A DNA stretch of 64,000 nucleotides, from positions 1,303,089 to 1,367,088 of the forward strand of contig BPGV01000001.1 of assembly GCA_026003215.1 (NCBI GenBank), read 5' to 3'. This DNA is from Bacteroidia bacterium (GTDB lineage: Bacteria; Bacteroidota; Bacteroidia; SpSt-205). Position numbers and translations under genes: made by a program. Numbering within the stretch: position 1 is the first letter of the stretch; each line of letters starts with the position of its first letter. Shown here one piece after another: positions 48,465-57,646 of the stretch. The notes beneath the pieces are model-generated. The model worked only from the letters and a program-made list of their open reading frames with translations, did not search any database and was not told the origin of the DNA.

Positions 48465-49101
48465 GCAAGAAAAAAAGCGCCGTTACCTCAGTAGCCCTTA
48501 CGCCCTCTATGGCGAGCGGGTGCCCTCCGCAGGCCAGTGGCGCAGCCAGTTGGGCTTTCAACCGGGAGTGCCTCTCCTTCTGGAGATAGGCTGCGGGAAA
48601 GGCGATTTTGCCGTGTATGTAGCCGAACGCTACCCCCACTTCCTGGTAGTGGGCTTAGACCGGCGCGCAGATCGGCTGGCCGCCGGCTGCCACTGGGCCA
48701 GCGAAAAAAACCTCAAAAATGTATTTTTCTGGCATGGCGACGCCCTTACGTTGGAAGCGCATTTCTCCCCAGGCGAAGTCTACGAGCTCTGGCTCAACTA
48801 TCCCGACCCCTACCCGAAACGCCGCCACGAAAAGCACCGCCTCACCCATCCGCGCTTCCTCCGGCTGTACTATCACGTGCTTGCCCCCACCGGTAGGCTC
48901 CACCTGCGCACCGATGACGAAGCCCTCTACCAATATAGCTTAGAACAGCTCCAAACGGCCGGCTGGAAGGTGGTTTTAGCTACCCCAGACCTCCTCCCCC
49001 AAGAGGGGCCCGAAGAAGCCCACTTTGAAACCGAGTTTCGCCGCAGAAAAGGAGGCACCATTCACTATATCCAAGCCCATCATCCCTTGACCACAGAGTA
49101 G
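48454..49101 (+). CDS. trmB: tRNA (guanine-N7)-methyltransferase
   Basis: LEIGCGKG, NYPDPYPKRRHEKHRL, RTDD, TEF. Confidence 0.9.
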   Translation: MLGKQEKKRRYLSSPYALYGERVPSAGQWRSQLGFQPGVPLLLEIGCGKGDFAVYVAERYPHFLVVGLDRRADRLAAGCHWASEKNLKNVFFWHGDALTLEAHFSPGEVYELWLNYPDPYPKRRHEKHRLTHPRFLRLYYHVLAPTGRLHLRTDDEALYQYSLEQLQTAGWKVVLATPDLLPQEGPEEAHFETEFRRRKGGTIHYIQAHHPLTTE

Positions 49102-49102
49102 C

Positions 49103-50356
49103 TTAGCCTTCCGGCGCTTCTACCCAAGCCAAGTGTTTTTTGCCCCGCTGTACTAACCAAAAGCGCCCCCGCACCGGGGAAAAGGTTGAGAGAGGGACCT
49201 CGCCGCCTGGCACCCGCTGACGATTGATAGCGAGCCCCCCTTGTTGGATAAGCTGCCGCCCCTCCGACTTCGAGCGAAAAAAACCACTCTGCACCAAGCC
49301 CTCCAATAGGGGGACTTCGCGGGAAGGCACCTTATATAGGGGCATCTCTCGCAGGATTTGCTGAAAAAGGGCTTCGGGGAGCGCCTCCAGCTGGGCAAAG
49401 TCCCCTGTGCCAAAAACGACTTCTGACACCACTTGCACGCTGCGAGCGGTCTCCTCCCCGTGAATGCGGGCAGTCATCTCGTAGGCCAGCACCCGCTGCG
49501 CTAACCGTTTTTCCGGAGCCTCCTCATGCTTTTGGAGCAGCTCTTCTATTTCTACCTCCGATTTCCAACTAAAAACATAGAGCAGTTTAGGTATATCTGC
49601 ATCCGATTGGTTGAGCCAAAACTGATAAAATCTATAGGGAGAAGTGCGTTCTGACGAAAGCCAGATATTTTCTCCGCCTTCTGTTTTGCCAAACTTGGTT
49701 CCATCGGCTTTTGTAAGGAGGGGGCAAGTCATACCATAAACTTCCTCCCCGGTGAGCTTGCGGATAAGCGCTATTCCCGTAGTGATGTTGCCCCACTGGT
49801 CTGCGCCTCCTATTTGGAGCCGGCACCCATATCGGCGAAAAAGCGCATAAAAGTCATACGCTTGCAGGAGCGGATAGCTAAACTCCGTAAAAGAAATTCC
49901 GCTTTCTAACCGACTTTGGATAGTTTCTTTGGCCAGCAGGTAGCTTACGGTCACATGCTTCCCCACATCCCGCAAAAAATCCAAAAGAGCAAAGGAGCCC
50001 AGCCAAGAGAAGTTATCCACAAGCGTAAAGGGGAAAGGGAGAAGTTTTTGGAGTTGGGCAGCTAAGGCTTGGGCGTTGGCTTCCACGACTTCGGCGGGGA
50101 GGAGGGGGCGTTCGGATTTTTTACCCGAGGGGTCACCGATGCGAGCGGTGGCGCCTCCCACCAACACTATGGGCTGGATGCCCAGCTGCGCCAGGTGATA
50201 AAGCAGCTGGAGGGGCACCAGGTGGCCGATATGCAGCGAGTCGGCTGTGGGGTCTATGCCTACATAAGCCGCACCTATGGCTTGAGGAGTCTCGGGTAAA
50301 GGAGTGGCGTCTTGGATAAGGTGACGCTTACGCAAAGGCTGGAGCCAGTCCGCCAC
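49103..50356 (-). CDS. tyrS: Tyrosine--tRNA ligase
   Basis: GIDPTADSLHIGH, QIGGADQWGN, KFGKT, C-terminal S4 domain; GTG start at 50356. Confidence 0.95.
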   Translation of the reverse strand: MADWLQPLRKRHLIQDATPLPETPQAIGAAYVGIDPTADSLHIGHLVPLQLLYHLAQLGIQPIVLVGGATARIGDPSGKKSERPLLPAEVVEANAQALAAQLQKLLPFPFTLVDNFSWLGSFALLDFLRDVGKHVTVSYLLAKETIQSRLESGISFTEFSYPLLQAYDFYALFRRYGCRLQIGGADQWGNITTGIALIRKLTGEEVYGMTCPLLTKADGTKFGKTEGGENIWLSSERTSPYRFYQFWLNQSDADIPKLLYVFSWKSEVEIEELLQKHEEAPEKRLAQRVLAYEMTARIHGEETARSVQVVSEVVFGTGDFAQLEALPEALFQQILREMPLYKVPSREVPLLEGLVQSGFFRSKSEGRQLIQQGGLAINRQRVPGGEVPLSTFSPVRGRFWLVQRGKKHLAWVEAPEG

Positions 50357-50360
50357 GAGG

Positions 50361-50368
50361 CAAAGGTA
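50361..50368 (-). promoter_or_regulatory. -7 element of tyrS
   Basis: TACCTTTG, 4 nt before GTG 50356. Confidence 0.7.
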
Positions 50369-50402
50369 CTCGTTGCATAGACTAAAAATCGTACTTTGGC
50401 GA

Positions 50403-50924
50403 ATGCACGCTCTCCCCAACCTCTCCGCAGAAGAGATGCTTGCGGCGCTTGAAGAGAGCCGTTCTGTGCTGCTCGCCGCTATAGCGGATGAGCCGTGGTT
50501 TTGGGTGCGCCCTGCCCCAGAGAAGTGGGCACCGGCTGAGATTGTGGAGCACATCGCTCGGGTAGAGGAATCGGCGGCTCGGGTCTTGCGGCGGCTGCGT
50601 CGGGAAGCGGCCGGCGAAACGCTCCCCCCACCCCAAGTGGCCCCTGGCACCTTCAAAGACGGAAAGCCGCAGGCTCCGCCCATCGTCCAGCCCAAAGGCG
50701 GCCTCTCCTTTGACGAGCTATTGCAGCTTCTCCACCAGAGCCGCCAACACCTTTTAGAGGAAGTGCGAGCTTTTGATTTTTCCTATGGGGGACGTTTCCC
50801 TCACCCTTTTTACGGCCCCATCACGGGGAAAGAATGGCTGGCCTCCCTCGTCCCGCACGAACCCCATCACCTCCAGCAGCTACTGGCTTGTAAGCCCAGC
50901 GCTGCTCCTGGTACCTTTGCGTAA
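50403..50924 (+). CDS. DinB family protein
   Basis: W.PAEIVEHI, HPFYG, H..HH..Q metal-binding pattern. Confidence 0.85.
   Translation: MHALPNLSAEEMLAALEESRSVLLAAIADEPWFWVRPAPEKWAPAEIVEHIARVEESAARVLRRLRREAAGETLPPPQVAPGTFKDGKPQAPPIVQPKGGLSFDELLQLLHQSRQHLLEEVRAFDFSYGGRFPHPFYGPITGKEWLASLVPHEPHHLQQLLACKPSAAPGTFA
50912..50919 (+). promoter_or_regulatory. -7 element inside the 3' end of the DinB gene
   Basis: TACCTTTG, 4 nt before ATG 50924. Confidence 0.6.
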
Positions 50925-51760
50925 TGCAGCCGTATGAGACCTTCCCGCCAGGCAGCGCCGAAACCTGGCTTGCGCTGATAGAAAAAGAGCTGGGGGGGCC
51001 GCCGCCGGCCGGCCTACCCCAGCCCTTCTATACGCGGTCAGATGTGCCTGCGTGGGGAAACCTCGCTCCCCTGCCTATCCCCAGCGGATGGACCCTCGTA
51101 GCAGAACGCTTCCTCCCCAACGAAGTAGGGGTATGGTTGTACGATGCCCGCTTCATAGAAGAAGGGCAGGCTGCCCCCGAGTGGATAATCGCTGAGGTGC
51201 CCCCCACCCTGCCGAGCTGGGGGCGGGGCTATCAGCTTTTACTCCCGGGCGCTTCACCCATAGATGGGCTTATTCCCGTGTGGGAAGTACCCTTCCGGCT
51301 TTCCCCCGACTTAGAAGTAGAAGGGAAGCCGCTTTCTTTGCCCCAAGACGAAGCGCTCCATATAGCGGTGCGCTTGGACCAGCGCGTCTTGCATAGTGTC
51401 CTTTTACTGCGGGCCCTCCGGCTGGCGCTTCTACCCCGTTCAGTTACGATATGGGCTTGGCCGAAACCCACTTTGTACGAACCTTCCGGCCTCCTCGCTA
51501 CGGAAGGTCCCGAAGAGAACCTCATACGCGCCACCTTGTATGCGTTAGGCAGCCTCTTGGGAGGCACGCAGCGCCTCTACATCCCGCCTATTTTCTCTCC
51601 AGAAGATAGCCATGCTGCCCGATGGAGCCGTGCCATAAGCCTTATCCTCCAGCACGAAGTAGCCTACTTGTACGAGACCAGCGACCCTTTAGCCGGCAGC
51701 TTCTACATAGAAGCCGAAAGTCGTCGTATAGCCGAGCATATCCGTACTTTGCTTCTGTGA
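50924..51760 (+). CDS. Methylmalonyl-CoA mutase small-subunit-like protein, strongly shortened
   Basis: FPP...W...IEKEL.G, NLIRAT..ALGSLLGG, DPLAGSFYIE. Confidence 0.65.
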   Translation: MQPYETFPPGSAETWLALIEKELGGPPPAGLPQPFYTRSDVPAWGNLAPLPIPSGWTLVAERFLPNEVGVWLYDARFIEEGQAAPEWIIAEVPPTLPSWGRGYQLLLPGASPIDGLIPVWEVPFRLSPDLEVEGKPLSLPQDEALHIAVRLDQRVLHSVLLLRALRLALLPRSVTIWAWPKPTLYEPSGLLATEGPEENLIRATLYALGSLLGGTQRLYIPPIFSPEDSHAARWSRAISLILQHEVAYLYETSDPLAGSFYIEAESRRIAEHIRTLLL

Positions 51761-52308
51761 TAGATACGCTGCGCGAGTGGGATACCGCTTTGCTTTTGTG
51801 GGCCAATCACCTGGGCAAGGAGCCTTGGGACACATGGGTATGGTATGCTACAAAGACATGGGTATGGATACCGCTTTTTGTGGTAGGCGCGATAGCATAT
51901 CTCATTCGGTGGGGAAAGCAGGCTTGGCGGCCCGCACTGGTCACGGCGTTAGCGCCGGCGTGTGCTGACCTGCTTACCAGCGGGGTAATCAAGCCCTTAG
52001 TGGGGCGGTTACGCCCTACGCATGATCCCGCTTTGAGTCCTCATATTCGCGTGGTGCACGGGTATCGGGGGGGTACCTATGGCTTCCCCTCAGGGCATGC
52101 AGCCAATAGTTCAGCAGCTGCTTGGGCCTTTGCCCGCTATATGAAGCATCCCCTGGCATGGAGTATAGCGCTGAGCTGGGCCCTGTTCCACAGCCTCACG
52201 CGGGTATATTTAGGGGTGCATTATCCCTCCGACCTGATAGGCGGGTGGATTATAGGATTTGGGATGGCCACTGTACTTTTACGCATCTTCGCTCCGAAAA
52301 ATGCTTGA
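51757..52308 (+). CDS. PAP2 family phosphatase
   Basis: K......RP, FPSGHA, RVYLGVHYPSD. Confidence 0.9.
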   Translation: MIDTLREWDTALLLWANHLGKEPWDTWVWYATKTWVWIPLFVVGAIAYLIRWGKQAWRPALVTALAPACADLLTSGVIKPLVGRLRPTHDPALSPHIRVVHGYRGGTYGFPSGHAANSSAAAWAFARYMKHPLAWSIALSWALFHSLTRVYLGVHYPSDLIGGWIIGFGMATVLLRIFAPKNA

Positions 52309-53218
52309 GCATCCTGTCTTCTGGACTTTTTGCGGCGTAGTGGGCGCATACCTTCTTTTAGACTTGGGGGTGTTTCATAAGCAAGCACATTCCCTTACTC
52401 TTCGTCAAGCCGCAGGGCAATCCCTCCTTATCGTACTTATAGCCCTGGGGTTTGGTGTGCTGGTATATACCCAAAAAGGCATCAATGCCACCTTGGAATA
52501 CTACTCCGCTTATATCATGGAATACGCCCTTTCCATGGATAATATCTTCGTCATCCTCCTGATTATGCGCTACTTCTCTATAGAACCGCAATACTACCAC
52601 AAAGTACTCTTTTGGGGTGTCATAGGCGCGATGGTTATGCGCGGTATTTTTATTTTTGCGGGGGTTTTATTAGTTCGTCAGTTTCATTGGGTTCTATATA
52701 TTTTTGGGGGCTTCTTGGTATGGGCGGGGATACGGAATCTTTTCAAGAAAGAGGAAGGTCCCCCTGACCTTTCTAAAAACCCGATTTTGCGCCTGCTCAC
52801 GCGCTATTTACGGATTACTACGGCACCGCACCAAGGCCGATTTGTTATCCGGCGAGGAGACAAGCGTTTTTTCACGCTCTTAGCCCTGGCTCTACTTATG
52901 GTGGAACTCACCGATTTGGTCTTTGCGGTAGACTCTATCCCCGCGGCTTTTGCTATCACCCAAGACGACGAGGTACTATTTAGCTCCAACATTTTGGCGG
53001 TAATGGGCCTGCGCTCTATGTTCTTTCTATTGGCTGCGGTGATTCAACGCTTCTGGGCCTTGGAATATGGGATCTCGCTCGTACTAATAGGTATAGGGCT
53101 GAAAATGTTTCAAGACTTGGTCGGCCTGCATATAGGCCCAGAAGTATCCTTGATATTCATCTTGAGCACCCTTAGCTTCAGCGTACTACTTTCACTAATC
53201 ATTCGTAGGGAACGATGA
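52301..53218 (+). CDS. TerC/Alx family metal homeostasis membrane protein
   Basis: LSMDNIFV, VLFWGVIGA, DLVFAVDSIPA, SNILAVMGLRS. Confidence 0.9.
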   Translation: MLEHPVFWTFCGVVGAYLLLDLGVFHKQAHSLTLRQAAGQSLLIVLIALGFGVLVYTQKGINATLEYYSAYIMEYALSMDNIFVILLIMRYFSIEPQYYHKVLFWGVIGAMVMRGIFIFAGVLLVRQFHWVLYIFGGFLVWAGIRNLFKKEEGPPDLSKNPILRLLTRYLRITTAPHQGRFVIRRGDKRFFTLLALALLMVELTDLVFAVDSIPAAFAITQDDEVLFSSNILAVMGLRSMFFLLAAVIQRFWALEYGISLVLIGIGLKMFQDLVGLHIGPEVSLIFILSTLSFSVLLSLIIRRER

Positions 53219-54039
53219 GCACTTTACCCCACAAGCGTTTAGGGAGTCGGGGCCCCTGGCTGGTACTTATCCATGGGTACATGGTAGATGGCGGCATGTT
53301 TCTCCCCGTAGAAGACAGCTTGGCCCAGCACTATCGGCTGCTTATTCCCGATCTGCGCGGGTATGGAAGCGCCTGGAACTGGCCTGGACCCTATACCTTA
53401 CGCCAGCGCGCCGAAGATGTCCTTCCCCTTATCCAGCAGTACGCTTCGGAGGAGAAAGTGTGGGTGTTAGGCTATTCCATGGGGGGGGTAATAGCTCAGC
53501 TTTTAGCTACGCTCGCTCCTGGGCAGATTGAAGGGCTTATTCTGGGCTGTACATTTGCTTACAAGCCGCTAACGACGATAGAGCAGTGGCAAGGACGCCT
53601 TTTGCCGCGTATTTTGCGCTTGCTTCCCCCCGCTTCGCTGGCAAACCTTCTTTACCCCCAAGTCTTTGGCCATGACACCTTTCCTGCAGAGGTGATAGAA
53701 TGGTACAAAAAAGTCCTCCAACGTACCCGCCTGGAGGTCTTACTGGCAGATGCCGCAGAGATTTTCAAAGTAGATATGCGTCCTCTTCTCCCCAAGATAC
53801 CCCATCCGGCCTTAGTGCTTGGCGGAGGGGCTGATTTGATTGTACCCCCGCATCACAGTCGTCTATTAGCAGAGAAACTACCTCATAGCCAGCTCATTTT
53901 GTATCCTGGGGCAGGACATGCCCTTATATTTACGCATCGGCGGCCTTTTGTACGGGATATCCATCGGTTTATTCTGGCGGTATCTCGTACATCTGGAGTA
54001 CCCAATCGGCACTCCGCCCTGTCTCAATCTCCTCAATAA
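53215..54039 (+). CDS. Alpha/beta fold hydrolase
   Basis: LIHG, DLRGYG, GYSMGG nucleophile elbow, D and GH catalytic residues. Confidence 0.88.
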   Translation: MSTLPHKRLGSRGPWLVLIHGYMVDGGMFLPVEDSLAQHYRLLIPDLRGYGSAWNWPGPYTLRQRAEDVLPLIQQYASEEKVWVLGYSMGGVIAQLLATLAPGQIEGLILGCTFAYKPLTTIEQWQGRLLPRILRLLPPASLANLLYPQVFGHDTFPAEVIEWYKKVLQRTRLEVLLADAAEIFKVDMRPLLPKIPHPALVLGGGADLIVPPHHSRLLAEKLPHSQLILYPGAGHALIFTHRRPFVRDIHRFILAVSRTSGVPNRHSALSQSPQ

Positions 54040-54601
54040 TCGCTTCTACCAGGGGCTCGCGGGCGGGGTCATAGGTGAGTTTTAGGTCGGAGCCGTACAG
54101 TTTAGCGACGCCCTGCCAAAAGGTAGCTTGTAGCCCCCCCAGGTAATCCCGAATAAGGGCATACGCATCTACCCCTGTCTCCCGATGGATGAGCTTTATA
54201 AGGAGGATGCCTTGCGTGACAGTCATTTCCCGCACGATAGGCTCATATTTCTCAAAAAGCTCTTTTTTGAGGCGGCGGCTGTAAGCTTTATAGTCGCGGT
54301 TTTTCTTACCCAGGCGGGCGCGTTCATTATCTACTTCCCGAACGATACGGGCAGCTTCCTTAGCTAAGGGATAGACCAAATGTACATTATACCGCAGACG
54401 CTGGAAGGCGGCCCACTGCTTCCGAGTCTCAGCTATCTTTTCTGGGGAAGGTGCTTGGGCGATAATCTCTACTGGGGGTAATACATAAATGGGAATGCTA
54501 TCCGGCCCTACGAGTAGCTTTCGCGGTTCCTGCGCATACAGCCAGGCCCCAAGGAGTATGAAACATTTTCCTACCTTTGTGAAAATATGGCACTCGCCCA
54601 C
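53969..54601 (-). CDS. DUF4294-like secreted protein (start uncertain)
   Basis: VYPLAK, QG.LLIKLIHRETG, FWQ..A..YG.DLK..YDP; signal-like FILLGAWLYAQ. Confidence 0.7.
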   Translation of the reverse strand: MGECHIFTKVGKCFILLGAWLYAQEPRKLLVGPDSIPIYVLPPVEIIAQAPSPEKIAETRKQWAAFQRLRYNVHLVYPLAKEAARIVREVDNERARLGKKNRDYKAYSRRLKKELFEKYEPIVREMTVTQGILLIKLIHRETGVDAYALIRDYLGGLQATFWQGVAKLYGSDLKLTYDPAREPLVEAIIEEIETGRSADWVLQMYEIPPE

Positions 54602-55984
54602 TCGCGCGTATTTGGTAAAACCGTAGAGGCCCCTCTGCTTCCTTCTCCGACCTATAAGGCGTATATAGAGACCTATGGCTGCCAGATGAACTTTGCCGAC
54701 AGCGAACTGGTGGCGGGCATCCTCCATAGTGAAGGCTATGGTTTTACCAGCGAGCCAGAAGAGGCAGACCTGGTATTTATCAATACGTGTGCCATTCGGG
54801 AGCACGCAGAGGAAAAAATATGGCAGCGGCTAAAATACTTCCAATCGCTCAAACGTCGGCGACCCCACCTGATTATAGGGGTGCTCGGCTGCATGGCCGA
54901 ACGCCTCCGTAAAAAACTCATAGAAGAGGCCCCCGTCGTAGATATGGTCGTAGGACCTGACTCCTATCGCCACCTTCCCCAGCTCATTCGCCAGGTGGAG
55001 GGCGGCACTAAAGCTATTCATACCCTGCTCTCTCGTGAAGAAACCTACGCCGACATCGCGCCCCTGCGCCTCTCTCCGCATCGCGTCAGCGCTTATATCT
55101 CCATTATGCGCGGCTGTAATAACATGTGTTCTTTTTGCATCGTGCCTTTTACCCGTGGACGAGAACGCAGCCGCAGCTGGCAAACCATTGTAGAAGAAGC
55201 CCGACACCTGGCCGACGCCGGCTACAAAGAAATCACCCTCTTAGGCCAAAACGTAGACTCCTATAACGACAACGGGGTACGCTTTGCCCAGCTCTTAGCC
55301 ACCGTAGCCGAAGCCGTTCCCGAAGCCTGGATTCGGTTTGCCACTTCGCATCCCAAAGACATGCTGGACGAGGTACTGGAAGTAATGGCTTCTTATCCCA
55401 ATCTCACGCCCTACATCCACCTGCCGGTTCAATCAGGAAGCAATACGGTCCTCCAGCGCATGAACCGCGGCTACACCGCAGAATGGTACCTCCAACGCAT
55501 AGAAACTATCCGCAGATACCTTCCTGAAGCCGTAATCTCTACCGATATCATCGTCGGTTTTTGCGGCGAGACCGAGGCAGAGTTTCAAGACACTTTGGCG
55601 CTTATGCGAGCGGCTCGGTTTGACTCCGTGTATCAGTTTATGTACTCGGAGCGGCCGGGCACCTTAGCGGCCCGACGGTATGCAGACGATATCCCTCCCA
55701 CTGTCAAACAAGCTCGTTTAGAGGCGGTAATCGCGCTGGCGCAAACGCTGGCGCTGGAAAGTAACACTCGGCAGGTAGGTACTATGCAAACCGTGCTCTT
55801 AGAGAAGCCCGCTCGGCGTAATCCCCAAGATATGGCCGGTCGTACCTTTTCTGGCCGAGCCGTGATTGTACGAGAAGCCGCCAGCCAATACGCCCCCGGC
55901 GATAAAATCCCTGTAAAAATCACCGAAGCCACCTCAGCTACCCTTATCGGCTATGCTGCGCACGAGCACCCCCTCTGCGCGTGA
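54587..55984 (+). CDS. miaB: tRNA-2-methylthio-N6-dimethylallyladenosine synthase
   Basis: TYGCQMN, NTCAIRE, CNNMCSFC radical SAM motif, TRAM domain. Confidence 0.95.
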   Translation: MALAHSRVFGKTVEAPLLPSPTYKAYIETYGCQMNFADSELVAGILHSEGYGFTSEPEEADLVFINTCAIREHAEEKIWQRLKYFQSLKRRRPHLIIGVLGCMAERLRKKLIEEAPVVDMVVGPDSYRHLPQLIRQVEGGTKAIHTLLSREETYADIAPLRLSPHRVSAYISIMRGCNNMCSFCIVPFTRGRERSRSWQTIVEEARHLADAGYKEITLLGQNVDSYNDNGVRFAQLLATVAEAVPEAWIRFATSHPKDMLDEVLEVMASYPNLTPYIHLPVQSGSNTVLQRMNRGYTAEWYLQRIETIRRYLPEAVISTDIIVGFCGETEAEFQDTLALMRAARFDSVYQFMYSERPGTLAARRYADDIPPTVKQARLEAVIALAQTLALESNTRQVGTMQTVLLEKPARRNPQDMAGRTFSGRAVIVREAASQYAPGDKIPVKITEATSATLIGYAAHEHPLCA

Positions 55985-57137
55985 GGTCGCCCGCCGCTTC
56001 CGCCTGATTGGCGAGGACCCTCACCTCTTAGCGGCCGTGGAACTCGCTATACGCGTGGCCCCCACCGATGTGCCTGTCCTCATCTTAGGCGAAAACGGCA
56101 CCGGCAAAGAAGCCTTCGCCCATATCCTCCATAACCTTAGCCGTCGCAAAGACAAACCTTTCTTGGCCATAAACTGCGGCGCTATCCCCGAGGGGACGAT
56201 GGACTCGGAGCTCTTCGGCCACGAGAAGGGCGCCTTTACCTCCGCTTACGAAAGCCGCAAAGGGTACTTTGAAGTGGCTAATGGCGGCACGCTTTTCTTA
56301 GATGAGATTGGCGAAATGCCGCTCGGCACCCAAGCCCGCCTACTGCGCGTGCTGGAGACAGGGGAGTTTCTCCGGGTAGGAAGCAGCAAAGTACAACACA
56401 CCGACGTCCGGCTGGTCGCCGCCACAAATCGTGACCTTATCCAACTCATCCAACAAGGAAAGTTTCGCGAAGACCTATACCATCGCCTAAATGCTATTAC
56501 TATTCATGTGCCCCCTTTGCGTGAGCGGGGAAGGGATATAGAGCTACTCTTTGATTTTTTTGCCGATGAGTTTGCCCATACTTATGGAGTGCCGCCTGTG
56601 CAGCTTACGCCTGCCGGCGCAGAGGCCTTGCTGGAATATCCCTGGCCAGGGAACGTACGCGAACTGAAGCACTTTGTGGAAAAGCTTACCATTCTCCATG
56701 CAGGCGAAGAGATAGACGACCTCTTGGTGCAACGCTATCTCCCCCCCCGTGAAACCCGACTGCCCGTACCTTACCTCCCTACGGCTACCCATACTCCCCC
56801 TCCGCCCCCTTCAACTAACGGAGAAGGCTGGACCTATCCCCAACTCCTACAAGCACTACAGCAGCTTCAGGCAGGGCAACAAGCCCTCCAAGAGATGCTT
56901 CGTCAAATATGGAACCACCTCGCCCAACAAGATAAACCGCGCCTACCCGCTTCTACCCTATCTACGCCTACTTCCCCCGAGGAAGAGGATTTTTCATTGG
57001 AAAACCAAGAACGCCGCCTCATAGAAAAGGCCCTCCGCCACTTTGCTGGCAACCGGAAAAAAGCCGCCCAAGCCCTCGGCATCTCCGAAAGAACCCTCTA
57101 CCGCAAAATAGAAGAATATGGCCTCCATCACCTCTAA
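55953..57137 (+). CDS. Sigma54-interacting AAA+ regulator without receiver domain
   Basis: GENGTGKE, ELFGHEKGAFTSA, WPGNVREL, C-terminal LGISERTLYRK. Confidence 0.9.
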   Translation: MLRTSTPSAREVARRFRLIGEDPHLLAAVELAIRVAPTDVPVLILGENGTGKEAFAHILHNLSRRKDKPFLAINCGAIPEGTMDSELFGHEKGAFTSAYESRKGYFEVANGGTLFLDEIGEMPLGTQARLLRVLETGEFLRVGSSKVQHTDVRLVAATNRDLIQLIQQGKFREDLYHRLNAITIHVPPLRERGRDIELLFDFFADEFAHTYGVPPVQLTPAGAEALLEYPWPGNVRELKHFVEKLTILHAGEEIDDLLVQRYLPPRETRLPVPYLPTATHTPPPPPSTNGEGWTYPQLLQALQQLQAGQQALQEMLRQIWNHLAQQDKPRLPASTLSTPTSPEEEDFSLENQERRLIEKALRHFAGNRKKAAQALGISERTLYRKIEEYGLHHL

Positions 57138-57156
57138 ATCACCTTATCCCCAGTCT

Positions 57157-57645
57157 ATGCGGCTTTTAGGAGGGGGCTTACTGCTACTCCTGCATGCCTG
57201 CGCCTACTCTTTCCGAAGCGGGGCTTTGCCCACAGATGTACAAACCCTCACCGTGGCCCCCTTGACAAACGAAGCGCCCCTTATCATCCCCACCCTTACC
57301 CAGACCATGGCTGAAGCCCTCCGCCAAAAGTTTATCGCTCAATCCTCGCTCTCGCTGGTCACAGAAAAAGGCGACTTGGTTTTATATGGGCGTATTACGG
57401 ACTTTAAGCTGGCCCCAGTGGCTATCCAAGGTTCTCAACAAGCAGCTCAAAATCGCCTAAGCATTACCCTAGTGGTAAAATGCACCAGCCCCAAGCACCC
57501 CGAGCTCAACTGGGAACAAAGCTTTATGAACTTTGCCGACTTTCCCGCCAGCCAACCCCTTTCCGCCATCCAAGAAACCTTGATTGCAGATATTTGTGAC
57601 CGGATAGCCCAAGACGTCGTGAATAAAACTTTATCCACTTGGTAA
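57157..57645 (+). CDS. lptE: LptE-family LPS assembly lipoprotein (alternative start 57118)
   Basis: Lipobox LHAC, YSF.G, GDL.L.G.IT, NRL.IT..V; position in the miaB block. Confidence 0.75.
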   Translation: MRLLGGGLLLLLHACAYSFRSGALPTDVQTLTVAPLTNEAPLIIPTLTQTMAEALRQKFIAQSSLSLVTEKGDLVLYGRITDFKLAPVAIQGSQQAAQNRLSITLVVKCTSPKHPELNWEQSFMNFADFPASQPLSAIQETLIADICDRIAQDVVNKTLSTW

Positions 57646-57646
57646 T

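Noticed and set aside
50357-50695. 113-aa N-terminal extension of TyrS in the ORF track
   Set aside because: Antisense shadow of the DinB gene; GTG 50356 gives a normal-length TyrS.
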